DNA of 33,582 nucleotides. It comes from a virus. Its lineage: Duplodnaviria; Caudoviricetes. Within the stretch, counting starts at the first letter, position 1; each line of letters starts with the position of its first letter. The stretch lies in the IMG/VR virus record IMGVR_UViG_3300035542_000028, positions 1 to 33,582 of that record; one strand, given 5' to 3'. The notes under the pieces were generated by a model. The model saw only the letters and a list, made by a program, of their open reading frames with translations, made no database searches and was not told where the DNA came from. This document shows, one piece after another, positions 9,605-18,610 of the stretch. A program made the position numbers and the translations under genes.

Positions 9605-9945
9605 TAAGTGTACTCCAGTTTACCCATATTGACAGCCCGCTCAACTTTCACCGTGCCGCGCTTATCAGACAGGTCTTTTGCTGTAGGGGCATATACATCC
9701 CCCGGAGCTATATCTTGACTATATACCTGCCAGCGATGGCCGGATATATTGCGGACACCGGACGGCTTATTAATATTGTTAACCGTCCGGCCCTCGTCCG
9801 CGTTTATGTCAATAGCATCATCTGGGGATTGTGTTTTCTCAATGGCGTCAGCTATTTGCTGCTTGGTCCAATTATGGTCCACGCCAACCCCGAAAGCCTC
9901 GGCCTTTTGGATCAGGTCATCCTTGCGTATTCGCAGAATGTCCAT
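9604..9945 (-). CDS. Hypothetical capsid-adjacent protein
   Basis: 113 aa, co-oriented and tightly packed with its neighbours; short N-terminal helical motif (KDDLIQKAEAFGV...TKQQI). Confidence 0.6.
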   Translation of the reverse strand: MDILRIRKDDLIQKAEAFGVGVDHNWTKQQIADAIEKTQSPDDAIDINADEGRTVNNINKPSGVRNISGHRWQVYSQDIAPGDVYAPTAKDLSDKRGTVKVERAVNMGKLEYT

Positions 9946-9955
9946 AATGTCCCCC

Positions 9956-10927
9956 TTACAGTCCGGTCAGCAAACGAGCGGCGTTGTCCTCGATAACGTC
10001 CAGGCCGGCAAGAGCAAAGTAGCTCTCGACATAATACTTAAACCCACGCTGGTCGATACTGGACACATTCAGCGGGACCGGCAAGCGGAACTGCATTGCC
10101 CGACGGTTGCTGGAAAATGCCGCAGTGATGGAGTTCCCACTCACAGAACGCGCCTTGGGAGTAAGCCCGAACTGTATTTCCGGGAAATTAGCCTGGAGCG
10201 CACGGAGCACGGACATTTCCGAGCCGGCGGCATTCAGGATTTTCTTGGCACAGGCGTTATATACGTTGTCCGGCATAACCACACGATCGGCTTTGTAGGT
10301 GTCTACATTAAGCACACCTGCCCACTGCGCGGTAATCAGATCGGCAATTTCCTGGTAAAGCTCCTCGCCGGTTAGATTGGCCGCAGTATCGGCGGCGGCT
10401 CCATCTGCAAACCCGGCATAGTTAAGCAGGCCGGTAGTTTTCTGTGAGCCATCAGTCCGGACCTGTCCAAGGTACCCAATTTCGTCGATTTTCTGGTTAA
10501 ATCTCTCGGCGTGGGCTTCCAAGAAACGGTTCGGCAGATTGATGTTTTCCAACTCGGCTTGCTTGAGTTCCACTTCGGACCAATCGGAATTAGCCTCCAG
10601 GGAGTAAACCGGGATGCTGTCATCCTCGCCGACAAGGGAAATTTTGCCGTTGGTGTTGGTGTTGGTCCCGGACTCGCGAAAGTCGCCCTCGGGCCGGAGC
10701 TTTAGTTTGCGGATACTGGTAGCATAACCGCCCTCGTTGTTAACAGTCAGTCCTTGGTTGAGGAAGGTCAGCCCAGCATATTCCTGGGTAAATATCTCCG
10801 GGCTTACATGCTCCAGGGACCGGGCAAGGATTATGCCCCCCTCATCTTTAAAATGCTTCTTGGCGTATGCGGTAGCCCCCTCAAAACTCTGGAGGTCATA
10901 CAGTGCCTTGATCTTGTTCATATCCAT
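9956..10927 (-). CDS. Major capsid protein (DUF2184 / encapsulin-like HK97 fold)
   Basis: 323 aa with DEIGYLG...TGLLNY and an AGGAG RBS, placed after the protease and decoration genes. Confidence 0.85.
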   Translation of the reverse strand: MDMNKIKALYDLQSFEGATAYAKKHFKDEGGIILARSLEHVSPEIFTQEYAGLTFLNQGLTVNNEGGYATSIRKLKLRPEGDFRESGTNTNTNGKISLVGEDDSIPVYSLEANSDWSEVELKQAELENINLPNRFLEAHAERFNQKIDEIGYLGQVRTDGSQKTTGLLNYAGFADGAAADTAANLTGEELYQEIADLITAQWAGVLNVDTYKADRVVMPDNVYNACAKKILNAAGSEMSVLRALQANFPEIQFGLTPKARSVSGNSITAAFSSNRRAMQFRLPVPLNVSSIDQRGFKYYVESYFALAGLDVIEDNAARLLTGL

Positions 10928-10952
10928 TTTTTATTCTCCTTCAAAATTACGT

Positions 10953-11801
10953 TTAAGCAGTGGTGATGGTCAGTTCGCCAGCGTCGTAGATATTTCCACC
11001 GAGTTCAGCCCACAGATAAGTGGACCCGCCACCAGTTATGGTCAGCGTCAGAGTGATGGTCCCGGTATCATCAGATATGACCAGATATTCGGCGTTTGCG
11101 GTGACTTCTTCTTTCTGCGTACCATCTGCAACGGCTATCCCGTTAATAGCGTCAATGCCAAAATCATCAGCACCGCCTACCCAGATGCGGGAAAGTACAT
11201 TGTCCTCATAATCATCACCGTTGATGTCCTGCGCCTGGATGGTGACCGTGCCGGTGTCATCTCCATTGTCGGTAAACTCAATGCCCAGCGAGGGCAGTGC
11301 GCTATATTCCACGATGCTATTTTCAACGCCGAGCATAACACGGACCAACCATACACCATCTTGCTTCTCTTCCCAAAACATACAAGCCGGGACTTCCAGC
11401 TCTCCGGCGTCGTTGGTCGCCTTGCCAGCATCGTCAGTGCCATCATTGACCACGTACACCTGATCGTACTTGCTCGGATCGGCCTGGTCAGTCACGGTTA
11501 CGGTAGCCCAGCCAAAATTGATAACCTCGGCCACCTGGTCGATTTCCTGACCAGAAGTGGAATAAACCCCGTCACCAATCTCACCGGTGATCTTACGCCT
11601 TACAACACCGGCAATCTGCGGAGTGGCAGAGCCGGACAGGTTCTTTATAGTATCGTCGGCCTGATCATACCGGCAAAACCGGCCCTCGACCAAACCATCC
11701 TCAAAAAGTTCAAACGCCTCTACGTTGTGGGGCTTACTTTTGAGGACTTCCCCAGCCATCAAATCTACATGCTCGCTCAAAACAGTGTTTCCAAATGCCA
11801 T
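10953..11801 (-). CDS. Capsid decoration/cement protein with acidic Ig-like C-terminal extension
   Basis: 282 aa between the protease and MCP genes. An N-terminal ~155 aa cement-like domain is followed by a Thr/Asp/Gly-rich beta region. Confidence 0.6.
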   Translation of the reverse strand: MAFGNTVLSEHVDLMAGEVLKSKPHNVEAFELFEDGLVEGRFCRYDQADDTIKNLSGSATPQIAGVVRRKITGEIGDGVYSTSGQEIDQVAEVINFGWATVTVTDQADPSKYDQVYVVNDGTDDAGKATNDAGELEVPACMFWEEKQDGVWLVRVMLGVENSIVEYSALPSLGIEFTDNGDDTGTVTIQAQDINGDDYEDNVLSRIWVGGADDFGIDAINGIAVADGTQKEEVTANAEYLVISDDTGTITLTLTITGGGSTYLWAELGGNIYDAGELTITTA

Positions 11802-11825
11802 GTCTTTATCTCCTTAAATTATTTG

Positions 11826-13049
11826 TTACTTGTCCAGGTATTCTGCCACACGCTTTTCCAAGCTGGACGGCATAGCCGAGTCACCGAACCGGGAATAATC
11901 CGGGGCGGGCTTTTTCAGCAGCTTAAAAGCCGTAGGCAGTTCGCTGTCTTCAAACTCCTGGTCGCCGTACTGCGTCGCTAGGGCATCGCGCATGATCTGT
12001 GTAGCGGACTTGGCTCCAAAATCATAGTCAGCATCCAAAAAGTCCTTGGCCTTCGCCATGACACCAGCGTACTTTTTCACTTCCTTGTCAGCCAACTTCT
12101 GTGCCTTTTTCTCGGCCTGCTTTTCGGCGGCCTTGGCTACGGCGTCCTTGAATTTCTGGCTGTCCTCGAATTTCTCCTTTTCCTCGTAATCCTCATCCTC
12201 CATCTCGGGTCCCTCCGCAGGTTCCTCGGCGGGCATAACTCCCTGCTCTTTGGCGTAAGCCGTGATCTCCATGAGCGGCCCCATCAATTCCTTGAGCTTG
12301 TCCACCGGCACTTTCTTGATTGCTTCGGGCAAATTTGTGGCAATCTCTACCACCTGCTCCAGCGAAATCTCGCCGTCCTCATCGTAAAATGCCTTTTTCA
12401 CAAAGTCCTTTTTCATTTTTTTCTCCCTCTCAAGATTTTTAATTTTGTCACCTGGCTGTTTATCCAAAAAACAGCACAGCGGCCCGCAACGGCCATTTTC
12501 AACTACGGCTAAATGGTGCGGGACAATATTTTGCTGCTCAAAATCGTACCGGTCATGTGGCACAAGATCGGCAGAATACCCCAGGGACAGTTGACGCTTG
12601 GTGTTCAGAATGTCCAACATCGCGTCAGAAACTTGCAATTTGTTTTTTATCCCGATCCGTGCATCGTCCCCGGCGTCAGCCAGGTCCACCATCTGGCTGT
12701 CAATTACAGAGCTGCCAGTATCCGGGGCGTTACCGTCCAGACTTACATGCTCATCAGTAAGCGGTATCCCGACCAAATCAGGGAACACATTGCCGATAGT
12801 TGACGTGGACCGATAGACCGTGAACACCTTGTCCGCTGGCTCCATGCCTATTTCGCTGCCCAGGTATTCAAGCACCCCATCCCGGACAGAGATAGCTGTT
12901 TTATCCTGCGCGTCAAAATCTACCCGATCAGCAAAATGAAGCCGCTTAGAACTATCACCAAATTGAGATTTACAAATAGCCCAGGCACGGTCTTCTTCAT
13001 AGCCCTCTTCGAGCAGAGCTTTGACGCACTCATCCACTTTTTTAGGCAT
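11826..13049 (-). CDS. Prohead protease/scaffold (DUF2213-like)
   Basis: RDGVLEYLG.E, PLTDEH, QLSLGY and HHLAVV..GRCG..C motifs, with a charged scaffold-like C-terminal half. Probable start is MPKKV at 13049. Confidence 0.85.
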   Translation of the reverse strand: MPKKVDECVKALLEEGYEEDRAWAICKSQFGDSSKRLHFADRVDFDAQDKTAISVRDGVLEYLGSEIGMEPADKVFTVYRSTSTIGNVFPDLVGIPLTDEHVSLDGNAPDTGSSVIDSQMVDLADAGDDARIGIKNKLQVSDAMLDILNTKRQLSLGYSADLVPHDRYDFEQQNIVPHHLAVVENGRCGPLCCFLDKQPGDKIKNLEREKKMKKDFVKKAFYDEDGEISLEQVVEIATNLPEAIKKVPVDKLKELMGPLMEITAYAKEQGVMPAEEPAEGPEMEDEDYEEKEKFEDSQKFKDAVAKAAEKQAEKKAQKLADKEVKKYAGVMAKAKDFLDADYDFGAKSATQIMRDALATQYGDQEFEDSELPTAFKLLKKPAPDYSRFGDSAMPSSLEKRVAEYLDK

Positions 13050-13929
13050 CCATATCCTCCTCATTAGCCGGAGGAATCACCATTTGATATGTGCACCGGC
13101 AATTGTAATCGACACCGGGCAATAGCGTTTTGCCATCACAGGACGAATAAAGCCCCTCGGCTAGATTAAATTCTCGACCATGCCGTTCAGCATGACAATT
13201 CCGCACCCGCTCATCTTCCGATGTGATCCATATAGCTTTTTCGATGCCAAGGTTACGCGCACGCGTCTTTGTCACCAGCGAGTTAAATGTAGAAATCTGT
13301 GTCCGGGCAACCATCTGTGCGTGATTTTTACGCTGCTCCACCATGCTGTCAAACTGGCTCATGATGTCGTCGATGCCCCGGCCCTCGGCCATGTCGCGCA
13401 GGGTGTTCGCCGTCCAATTCTGGAGCGTTTCGTCCCGCATCTTCTTAATCCACTGCGCAGTTTCAAGCTGGTAAGCATTGATCTGATATGTCAAGCCCTC
13501 GGTTGCCTCGAATTCGGCCTTGTCAATCCCTATTCGGCGTTTAGCGGCATTATAAAATACGTCCCGGTTACGCTTATTGACCTTTTCCGTGATCTTCTTT
13601 GCCATCTCTTCCAAACGGTCATCAGGGAATTGCTTGGTCAATTTGCGCCGGACCTTCTTTGCCAGCCGCAGAAACACATTGGCGAAGTTGCCCACTTGCT
13701 GGTCCGCGAACATTTGCCGGAGTTGCTCCGGCAAGGCGTCCTCGGCCTCGGTATGAAATTTCTCGATAGTTGACTTGTGCAGCTCTTTGAACACCTGATT
13801 CTTGTATCGCTCCTGCATCTCCTCGATCATGTACTTGATAAAATCTTCAAGCTGCTGTTCCTCGGCCCTGGGCGGTGCGGGGCTTGGTATCTTTGCGCCT
13901 TTAACAGATTTGACTTCACGTTTAGCCAT
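13042..13929 (-). CDS. Minor head protein (SPP1 gp7 / Mu gpF-like)
   Basis: ARTQ...W.TSEDERVR..H...HG...PG.DYNCRC motif. The exact start is uncertain (13929-13938). Confidence 0.88.
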   Translation of the reverse strand: MAKREVKSVKGAKIPSPAPPRAEEQQLEDFIKYMIEEMQERYKNQVFKELHKSTIEKFHTEAEDALPEQLRQMFADQQVGNFANVFLRLAKKVRRKLTKQFPDDRLEEMAKKITEKVNKRNRDVFYNAAKRRIGIDKAEFEATEGLTYQINAYQLETAQWIKKMRDETLQNWTANTLRDMAEGRGIDDIMSQFDSMVEQRKNHAQMVARTQISTFNSLVTKTRARNLGIEKAIWITSEDERVRNCHAERHGREFNLAEGLYSSCDGKTLLPGVDYNCRCTYQMVIPPANEEDMDA

Positions 13930-15172
13930 CATCTTCACCCAATAACGAAGCTAAATCCATATCTTGATCCGGCTCCGGCAAGGCGTCATCATCCACAGCG
14001 GGGAACACCTGATCCCATGCGTCCGGGGTGATTACGTCCTTATCCTGCAAGTATTTCCGATAATCCTCGCCTAGTTGATACATGATGAGTGCGTTTTTAA
14101 GGGCTTTCTGCTCATACTCCACGCGTTCGCCCGGTGCTTCGCCCTGATTCTCTTTGAACCATACCCGGCCCCGGCCATGCAGGGCCATAAGACGATTGAT
14201 CGGTTCTAGCAAAAATTCAGATTGCAGCGTTTCAATAGTTTGCTGCAATACCTGCCGTTCACCCTCGCCGGTAGAATTAAGCCCACGCGCGGCCTCGCCT
14301 ACAAGCCAGGATAGGGGCAGCCCTGTTACCATAGCCAGCCGTCGCAGCGTAATCATATCCGAATCGGACAAGTTAGAAAGCTGCTGATTGTGGACTTGTA
14401 TTTCGTCGTTTGCATCCACAACCCCGGCTCCGTAAATGCTCCGGGCATCCTCCAGGGTGGTCAGATAGGCAAACAAGTCACTTTCTTTGTGATCGGCCAA
14501 AAGTTCTTTAAATCCCTCGATTTTGTAAAACAGCGTAGAGGCCCGCTCCAGTATCCCCGGAACTGCCCGCTGTACGACCTGATCGCTGACTATTTCATTT
14601 CGGACCAACTCAAATTCGGAGATACCCCCGAAATTGTACTGTGCCGCGTCAAACTCCACCGGCTCGACATACCGGAAATCAATCACACGCTTGGGATTAA
14701 TTGCCACGCCCCGGACATTAAACGCATTCGGCTGGAAATAATCGGGGCTAGCCAGATCAAGATTTACACTCGACACATAAACCATATCGCCGGAAAAGAC
14801 GTGATATTTGACCTTGCTCCAATCCTGAATTCTCCCTAGGGGCTGTGATAGGTCTGCATCCGGCTCATGCGGCACAATCAGGCCACGGCCAAAGGCCAGT
14901 TGATATTTGACAGCCTTTTTGACTAGCGATTGTAGACAGGTTTCATAAAATTTCTGGTCGGCCTCGTTCTCGAACTGCAAGGTGTCATTTAGAGCAAGCC
15001 CCGATTTAAGCCTAATTATTTTGGACCCGATTCCGGTTTTGTATATGGCCCGCAATTCATTATAGTCAACACGATCATGGGAAATACGGTTATTAGCATG
15101 CGCATTGCGCCGATTCGCCAATTTTTGAGTGAGGCTGATAAGGCCGTCCCGGAAACTCTGCTTAACGTTCAT
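13922..15172 (-). CDS. Portal protein (DUF1073-like)
   Basis: 416 aa between TerL and the minor head gene, with LAMVTGLPLSWLVGEAARGLNSTGEGE. Confidence 0.85.
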   Translation of the reverse strand: MNVKQSFRDGLISLTQKLANRRNAHANNRISHDRVDYNELRAIYKTGIGSKIIRLKSGLALNDTLQFENEADQKFYETCLQSLVKKAVKYQLAFGRGLIVPHEPDADLSQPLGRIQDWSKVKYHVFSGDMVYVSSVNLDLASPDYFQPNAFNVRGVAINPKRVIDFRYVEPVEFDAAQYNFGGISEFELVRNEIVSDQVVQRAVPGILERASTLFYKIEGFKELLADHKESDLFAYLTTLEDARSIYGAGVVDANDEIQVHNQQLSNLSDSDMITLRRLAMVTGLPLSWLVGEAARGLNSTGEGERQVLQQTIETLQSEFLLEPINRLMALHGRGRVWFKENQGEAPGERVEYEQKALKNALIMYQLGEDYRKYLQDKDVITPDAWDQVFPAVDDDALPEPDQDMDLASLLGEDDG

Positions 15173-15199
15173 AGAATCCTTTTGTATTTATTTTGTTAT

Positions 15200-15228
15200 A
15201 AAATAACACAACAAAAAAAGGCTGTCAA
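15200..15228 (-). promoter_or_regulatory. Sigma70-like promoter upstream of portal
   Basis: TTGACA-17 nt-TATTTT with TGT before the -10. Confidence 0.55.
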
Positions 15229-15237
15229 TTATTCAGA

Positions 15238-16458
15238 TTAAATAATCTTCCTATAATCAACAACCCTGGATTTCATTACCGGCTCCAAGGCATAACGCAG
15301 GGCATCGATGTAATGGTTGTTGGCATCCAATATCACCGGCAAAATGTCACCGGATAACCTGTCCACTTTATAGCTGTATAGCCTAAATTCTTGGATAGTC
15401 TGTTCACATCGCGGATGAATAATAACCTCGTCAAATGATCGAATAAATTCCACGCCGTCCTCGACGCTGCCCTTGCCTTTTTCGCATGCAGTGGCCCGAG
15501 GTAGCCCCTTGCGCCGGACAAAGCTTATGGACTCGGGCCTCGCATTGTCACACCGAATGACACCAGCATCAATACCCGGAATCCGTTGTTTTAAATAATT
15601 TGCCGTGTCATCCAATTCAAGATCAACTTTCCCGGCTTCATGTTCAATGTACAGCCTACGATCCTTGATCCACGCTTTTAGTGCCGCCGTGGGGTCTTGT
15701 GAGAAACCCCAGTCAAGACCGTAATACGGTCCATTCCATCCTTTGCCTTTCGGTTCGAACTCCTCAACACGGAACTTACCCGAAAACACTTGGGCATCGG
15801 TGCGAGTGAGATATTTGCCGTCCCAAATATGCGCATAAGTAGCATCGTCAAGCGTGGCCCTCTGGTGCTGTCGTAATTCCTCCAGCTCTTTCGGGAAAAA
15901 CGGATTATCGGTATAGTTCAACTCCGCAATTTTAGCACGGGGCGGATTTGACTTGATGAATCGTTTATCAACCGGGCTGCCATCCGTTCTTGGGTTCCAT
16001 ATCGCCCAAATCTCCGAGCCAGGTGTCCGGATTGTTGGCTCAAGATCTACCCAACTGGCCTCCGGTACGTCCTCAGCTTCCTCCAACACACAAAGATCAA
16101 TCTGCGCCATTGATTTTATGTTCGTCATGTTATGCCGGAGTCCTCGAAAAATGAACTCTGTGCCATTTGTGCCCCGGATATAATCAACACCCACGTCATA
16201 AGTGGCGGCAAGCCATGGCTCGGACGCGATGGCATTTTTTAGTTCGGCGTGGAAAGATTCTTTGATGCTGATCTGATATTCACGGGTGCAAAGAATCCGG
16301 AGCGGTTCAACGTAACCCCAAACCGCAGCCATCTTAGCAAAGGAGAACGATTTACCAGACCCCCGGCCACCATAAGCACAACGATAGCGTAATGTTCCGC
16401 GTTTCGGGCCAAACACCGGGACCAACTTGGGCGGCAATTTAAGCTTCGCTGTCGTCAT
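15238..16458 (-). CDS. terL: Terminase large subunit (PBSX/SPP1-like)
   Basis: Walker A GGRGSGKS, Walker B-like LEEAE, WNP, nuclease GLDWGF..DP and NHYIDALRY. Probable start is ATG 16458. Confidence 0.95.
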   Translation of the reverse strand: MTTAKLKLPPKLVPVFGPKRGTLRYRCAYGGRGSGKSFSFAKMAAVWGYVEPLRILCTREYQISIKESFHAELKNAIASEPWLAATYDVGVDYIRGTNGTEFIFRGLRHNMTNIKSMAQIDLCVLEEAEDVPEASWVDLEPTIRTPGSEIWAIWNPRTDGSPVDKRFIKSNPPRAKIAELNYTDNPFFPKELEELRQHQRATLDDATYAHIWDGKYLTRTDAQVFSGKFRVEEFEPKGKGWNGPYYGLDWGFSQDPTAALKAWIKDRRLYIEHEAGKVDLELDDTANYLKQRIPGIDAGVIRCDNARPESISFVRRKGLPRATACEKGKGSVEDGVEFIRSFDEVIIHPRCEQTIQEFRLYSYKVDRLSGDILPVILDANNHYIDALRYALEPVMKSRVVDYRKII

Positions 16459-16831
16459 CAAATCCTGCTGCCACAATCTCTATCCGCTGTGGTGGCGTCA
16501 TAGTCCCATCTTCACTAGAGTGATCCAGCCGTTGCTTTTCGGTCCAACCCTCAAATCTCTGGTACGCCAGCTTCGCCGCCTGTGAATCACCTTCTGCCGC
16601 CTTCTCTAGGACACTGATGTCAACCTTCGACAAATGAGGTGCATATTTCTTGCGCCTTTCTTTAAGTGCCTCCGTTTCGATTTCAGTCAGTTCGTCAGCT
16701 TTAAAATGGTTGTACAGCATTGGTTTAGAAATCCCTAAAATTCCTGCCAATTCTGTGCGGGATGGCATGCGATTTGCAGGCTCAGAAAGATACTCCATTA
16801 ATTTGACACGATACCTTTCCTTTGGTTTCAT
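16439..16831 (-). CDS. terS: Terminase small subunit
   Basis: N-terminal HTH (RTELAGILGISKPMLYNHF), A.EGDSQAAKL and a DHSSEDGTMTP tail; overlaps the terL start. Confidence 0.8.
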   Translation of the reverse strand: MKPKERYRVKLMEYLSEPANRMPSRTELAGILGISKPMLYNHFKADELTEIETEALKERRKKYAPHLSKVDISVLEKAAEGDSQAAKLAYQRFEGWTEKQRLDHSSEDGTMTPPQRIEIVAAGFDDDSEA

Positions 16832-16867
16832 ATTGGCTCCTATGAGTTAATTATAGTATCTAACACC

Positions 16868-16896
16868 AAAATAACACAGCCCCGCCCATTTGTCAA
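16868..16896 (-). promoter_or_regulatory. Sigma70-like promoter upstream of terS
   Basis: TTGACA-17 nt-TATTTT with TGT before the -10. Confidence 0.55.
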
Positions 16897-16919
16897 TATT
16901 ATGATTTCAGGCACCTTAA

Positions 16920-17098
16920 CTTTTTTATAAAAAAGGAGAAAAATGAAAAGAAAGACTGTGTGTAGTGGTTACAGCAATTTATATATCACTACGTTTCTGT
17001 TTCCCGTTCTTTTTATGTTCTGTTGTTATTGTAGTGATGTAGTGATTTTCGAAAAAAATCTGTCTGTCTTAACATGTTTCTCCTTTTTTATAAAAAAG
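16920..17098. repeat. Non-coding element copy 1 with 22-bp terminal inverted repeats
   Basis: CTTTTTTATAAAAAAGGAGAAA at 16920 and its exact reverse complement at 17077-17098. It contains internal GTAGTG/CACTAC motifs and is homologous to 30923-31123. Confidence 0.85.
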
Positions 17099-17226
17099 AG
17101 TAACATATGGCCAGAGTGTACAGATGACGGGTACGGAGCCGTAGTAAAAAATATAACTACAGACCCCTTACGGAATCCTTACGTCACTACGTGGATTGAT
17201 TTAATTGATTTGGTTACACCCTGTTG

Positions 17227-17251
17227 GCGGGGAGTTCCCTCAACTCCCCGC
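17227..17251. terminator. GC-rich hairpin (terminator or part of a small RNA)
   Basis: GCGGGGAGTT-CCCTC-AACTCCCCGC forms a perfect 10-bp stem, but there is no clear U-tract. Confidence 0.45.
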
Positions 17252-17296
17252 ATTGTTGGGTGTATGGAGGATGTGGTTTAAATCCTTTGCAAGCGC

Positions 17297-17326
17297 AATA
17301 TAACACAATCAGCTACATATTGTCAA
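17297..17326 (-). promoter_or_regulatory. Sigma70-like promoter facing non-coding DNA
   Basis: TTGACA-18 nt-TATATT with a TGT extension, overlapping the 3' end of ORF 17313-17969. Confidence 0.6.
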
Positions 17327-17969
17327 GTGTCTCTATTCCATTTCTTTTCATTGCGCCCCGGACAAGGTTCCCCAGGCACATCCTTTGCTGTCCGATATTG
17401 AGGTGGCTATATTTGTCTTTTAGGTCTTGAGGAATAACCTTTTTTGTTGGCTCGATCTGATAAATCAAATCTGCCACCCTGTCATAAGTTTCATCCATAT
17501 CTTTACAATTCCGGAGTGCCTCGGATACCGGATCATTGTTGTCTATCTTTTTCCTACCGCTAGAAGTCCGTGTATTGTGCTTAGTGTATTTATCCAAATT
17601 TGGTTTGATTTTGGGCTTAGGTGTGGGAATGTTGTTATCATTTTCGGATATATCGTCGTGGCCTTCCTTGGTATTTTCTTTGGCTTCTTCGGTATTTTCA
17701 CGTATGTTGGCCCCGCCCAAATTTTCCGCGTTTTTGGGAGATGTTTGCTTTTTATTCCATTCTTCCCAGAGTTTGCGGTCAGCCTTGTATGTTTCTCCAA
17801 CTACTAGGGTGTGCTCATCACCACGATTATCTTCAACCACTAGGTCTCCGTCTGTTTTGTATTTGGTCTTTCCAACGACCCAGGTGTCGTCCATGTCTTC
17901 GCCCTGTACAAAATCACCCTTCCGAAATCTGGTGGCCAATTTCATTTCTTTTGTTTCGCTGTAATTCAT
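17313..17969 (-). CDS. Hypothetical phage protein
   Basis: 218 aa with a strong AAAGGAGA RBS and its own promoter. C-terminal DNNDPV...KYSHLNIGQQRMCLGNLVRG block; function unknown. Confidence 0.75.
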   Translation of the reverse strand: MNYSETKEMKLATRFRKGDFVQGEDMDDTWVVGKTKYKTDGDLVVEDNRGDEHTLVVGETYKADRKLWEEWNKKQTSPKNAENLGGANIRENTEEAKENTKEGHDDISENDNNIPTPKPKIKPNLDKYTKHNTRTSSGRKKIDNNDPVSEALRNCKDMDETYDRVADLIYQIEPTKKVIPQDLKDKYSHLNIGQQRMCLGNLVRGAMKRNGIETLDNM

Positions 17970-18001
17970 TTTTTTCTCCTTTCTAGTTAATTGTTTGTTA
18001 A

Positions 18002-18035
18002 GGCCACCCTAACATGGGTGGCCCATTGTTGTCAA
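18002..18035 (-). promoter_or_regulatory. Promoter with an inverted repeat over the -10
   Basis: TTGACA-18 nt-TAGGGT, with a GGCCACCC-N6-GGGTGGCC palindrome at 18002-18023. Confidence 0.5.
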
Positions 18036-18042
18036 TTATTTG

Positions 18043-18243
18043 TTAAAATGCCGGATGCCCATAAGGTGCATGCGCTACAGGAGCACCGTAGTTCATTCTT
18101 TGTTTGTTGGCAACTGACAAAGCTTCCTGGGGGTTATCGCATTGTTCTGCTGCCCACAAAATTGCTTCTGTCGGGGCAATAGCTATTCCAACACCATAAC
18201 CATCAGTTATTATCTTTGTGATTTGTGTTTCTGATCTTGTCAT
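18043..18243 (-). CDS. Small hypothetical protein
   Basis: 66 aa preceded by the duplicated promoter/RBS cassette. Confidence 0.7.
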   Translation of the reverse strand: MTRSETQITKIITDGYGVGIAIAPTEAILWAAEQCDNPQEALSVANKQRMNYGAPVAHAPYGHPAF

Positions 18244-18248
18244 TTTTC

Positions 18249-18328
18249 TTTCTCCTTTCTGTTTTTTGTGTTTATGTTAACTTTTTTATAACACATCAAT
18301 GGGTTATTTGTCAATTATTTGAATTAAA
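18249..18328 (-). repeat. 80-bp promoter+RBS cassette, copy A
   Basis: 79/80 identical to 18531-18610; contains TTGACA-18-TATAAA and AAAGGAGA. Confidence 0.9.
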
Positions 18329-18527
18329 ATCCGATCAATTTTTTGAATTCGTGCCGGAGCTGGATTTTGCCGTGTTCAACCCCGATATTGTATGTGATGC
18401 ATATTCTGCGCTTGATTTCATCGATCTGCTCTTCGCTCATCCCAGTGACATCCAGCAAAGTATACCCGTTCTTGTCGCAAAGTCTGTCCCTGACCACTTG
18501 TAAGTTGTCCATACTGTAAAAACTCAT
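18324..18527 (-). CDS. Small hypothetical protein
   Basis: Likely start is ATG 18527 (MSFYSMD, 67 aa), directly after the cassette RBS. Confidence 0.7.
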   Translation of the reverse strand: MSFYSMDNLQVVRDRLCDKNGYTLLDVTGMSEEQIDEIKRRICITYNIGVEHGKIQLRHEFKKLIGF

Positions 18528-18530
18528 GAT

Positions 18531-18610
18531 TTTCTCCTTTCTGTTTTTTGTGTTTATGTTAACTTTTTTATAACACATCAATGGGCTATTTGTCAATTAT
18601 TTGAATTAAA
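18531..18610 (-). repeat. 80-bp promoter+RBS cassette, copy B
   Basis: Direct repeat of 18249-18328. Confidence 0.9.

Noticed and set aside
10737-11981. 414-aa plus-strand ORF, and other plus-strand ORFs within 1-31 kb such as 4062-4703, 9749-10375 and 13180-13773
   Set aside because: They are antisense shadows of well-supported minus-strand genes and have no recognisable motifs.
13922-15172. Possible anti-CBASS Acb1 label for the DUF1073-like protein
   Set aside because: Size and position indicate a portal, and no separate phosphodiesterase domain with paired HxT motifs is evident.
16943-17281. 112-aa ORF MKRKTVCS with an AGGAG RBS
   Set aside because: The RBS-like sequence is part of the inverted repeat, and the same start in copy 2 stops after 17 codons, so coding is not conserved.
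16920-18610. CRISPR array or autonomous IS element
   Set aside because: There are no regularly spaced repeat-spacer units and no transposase or integrase in the window.
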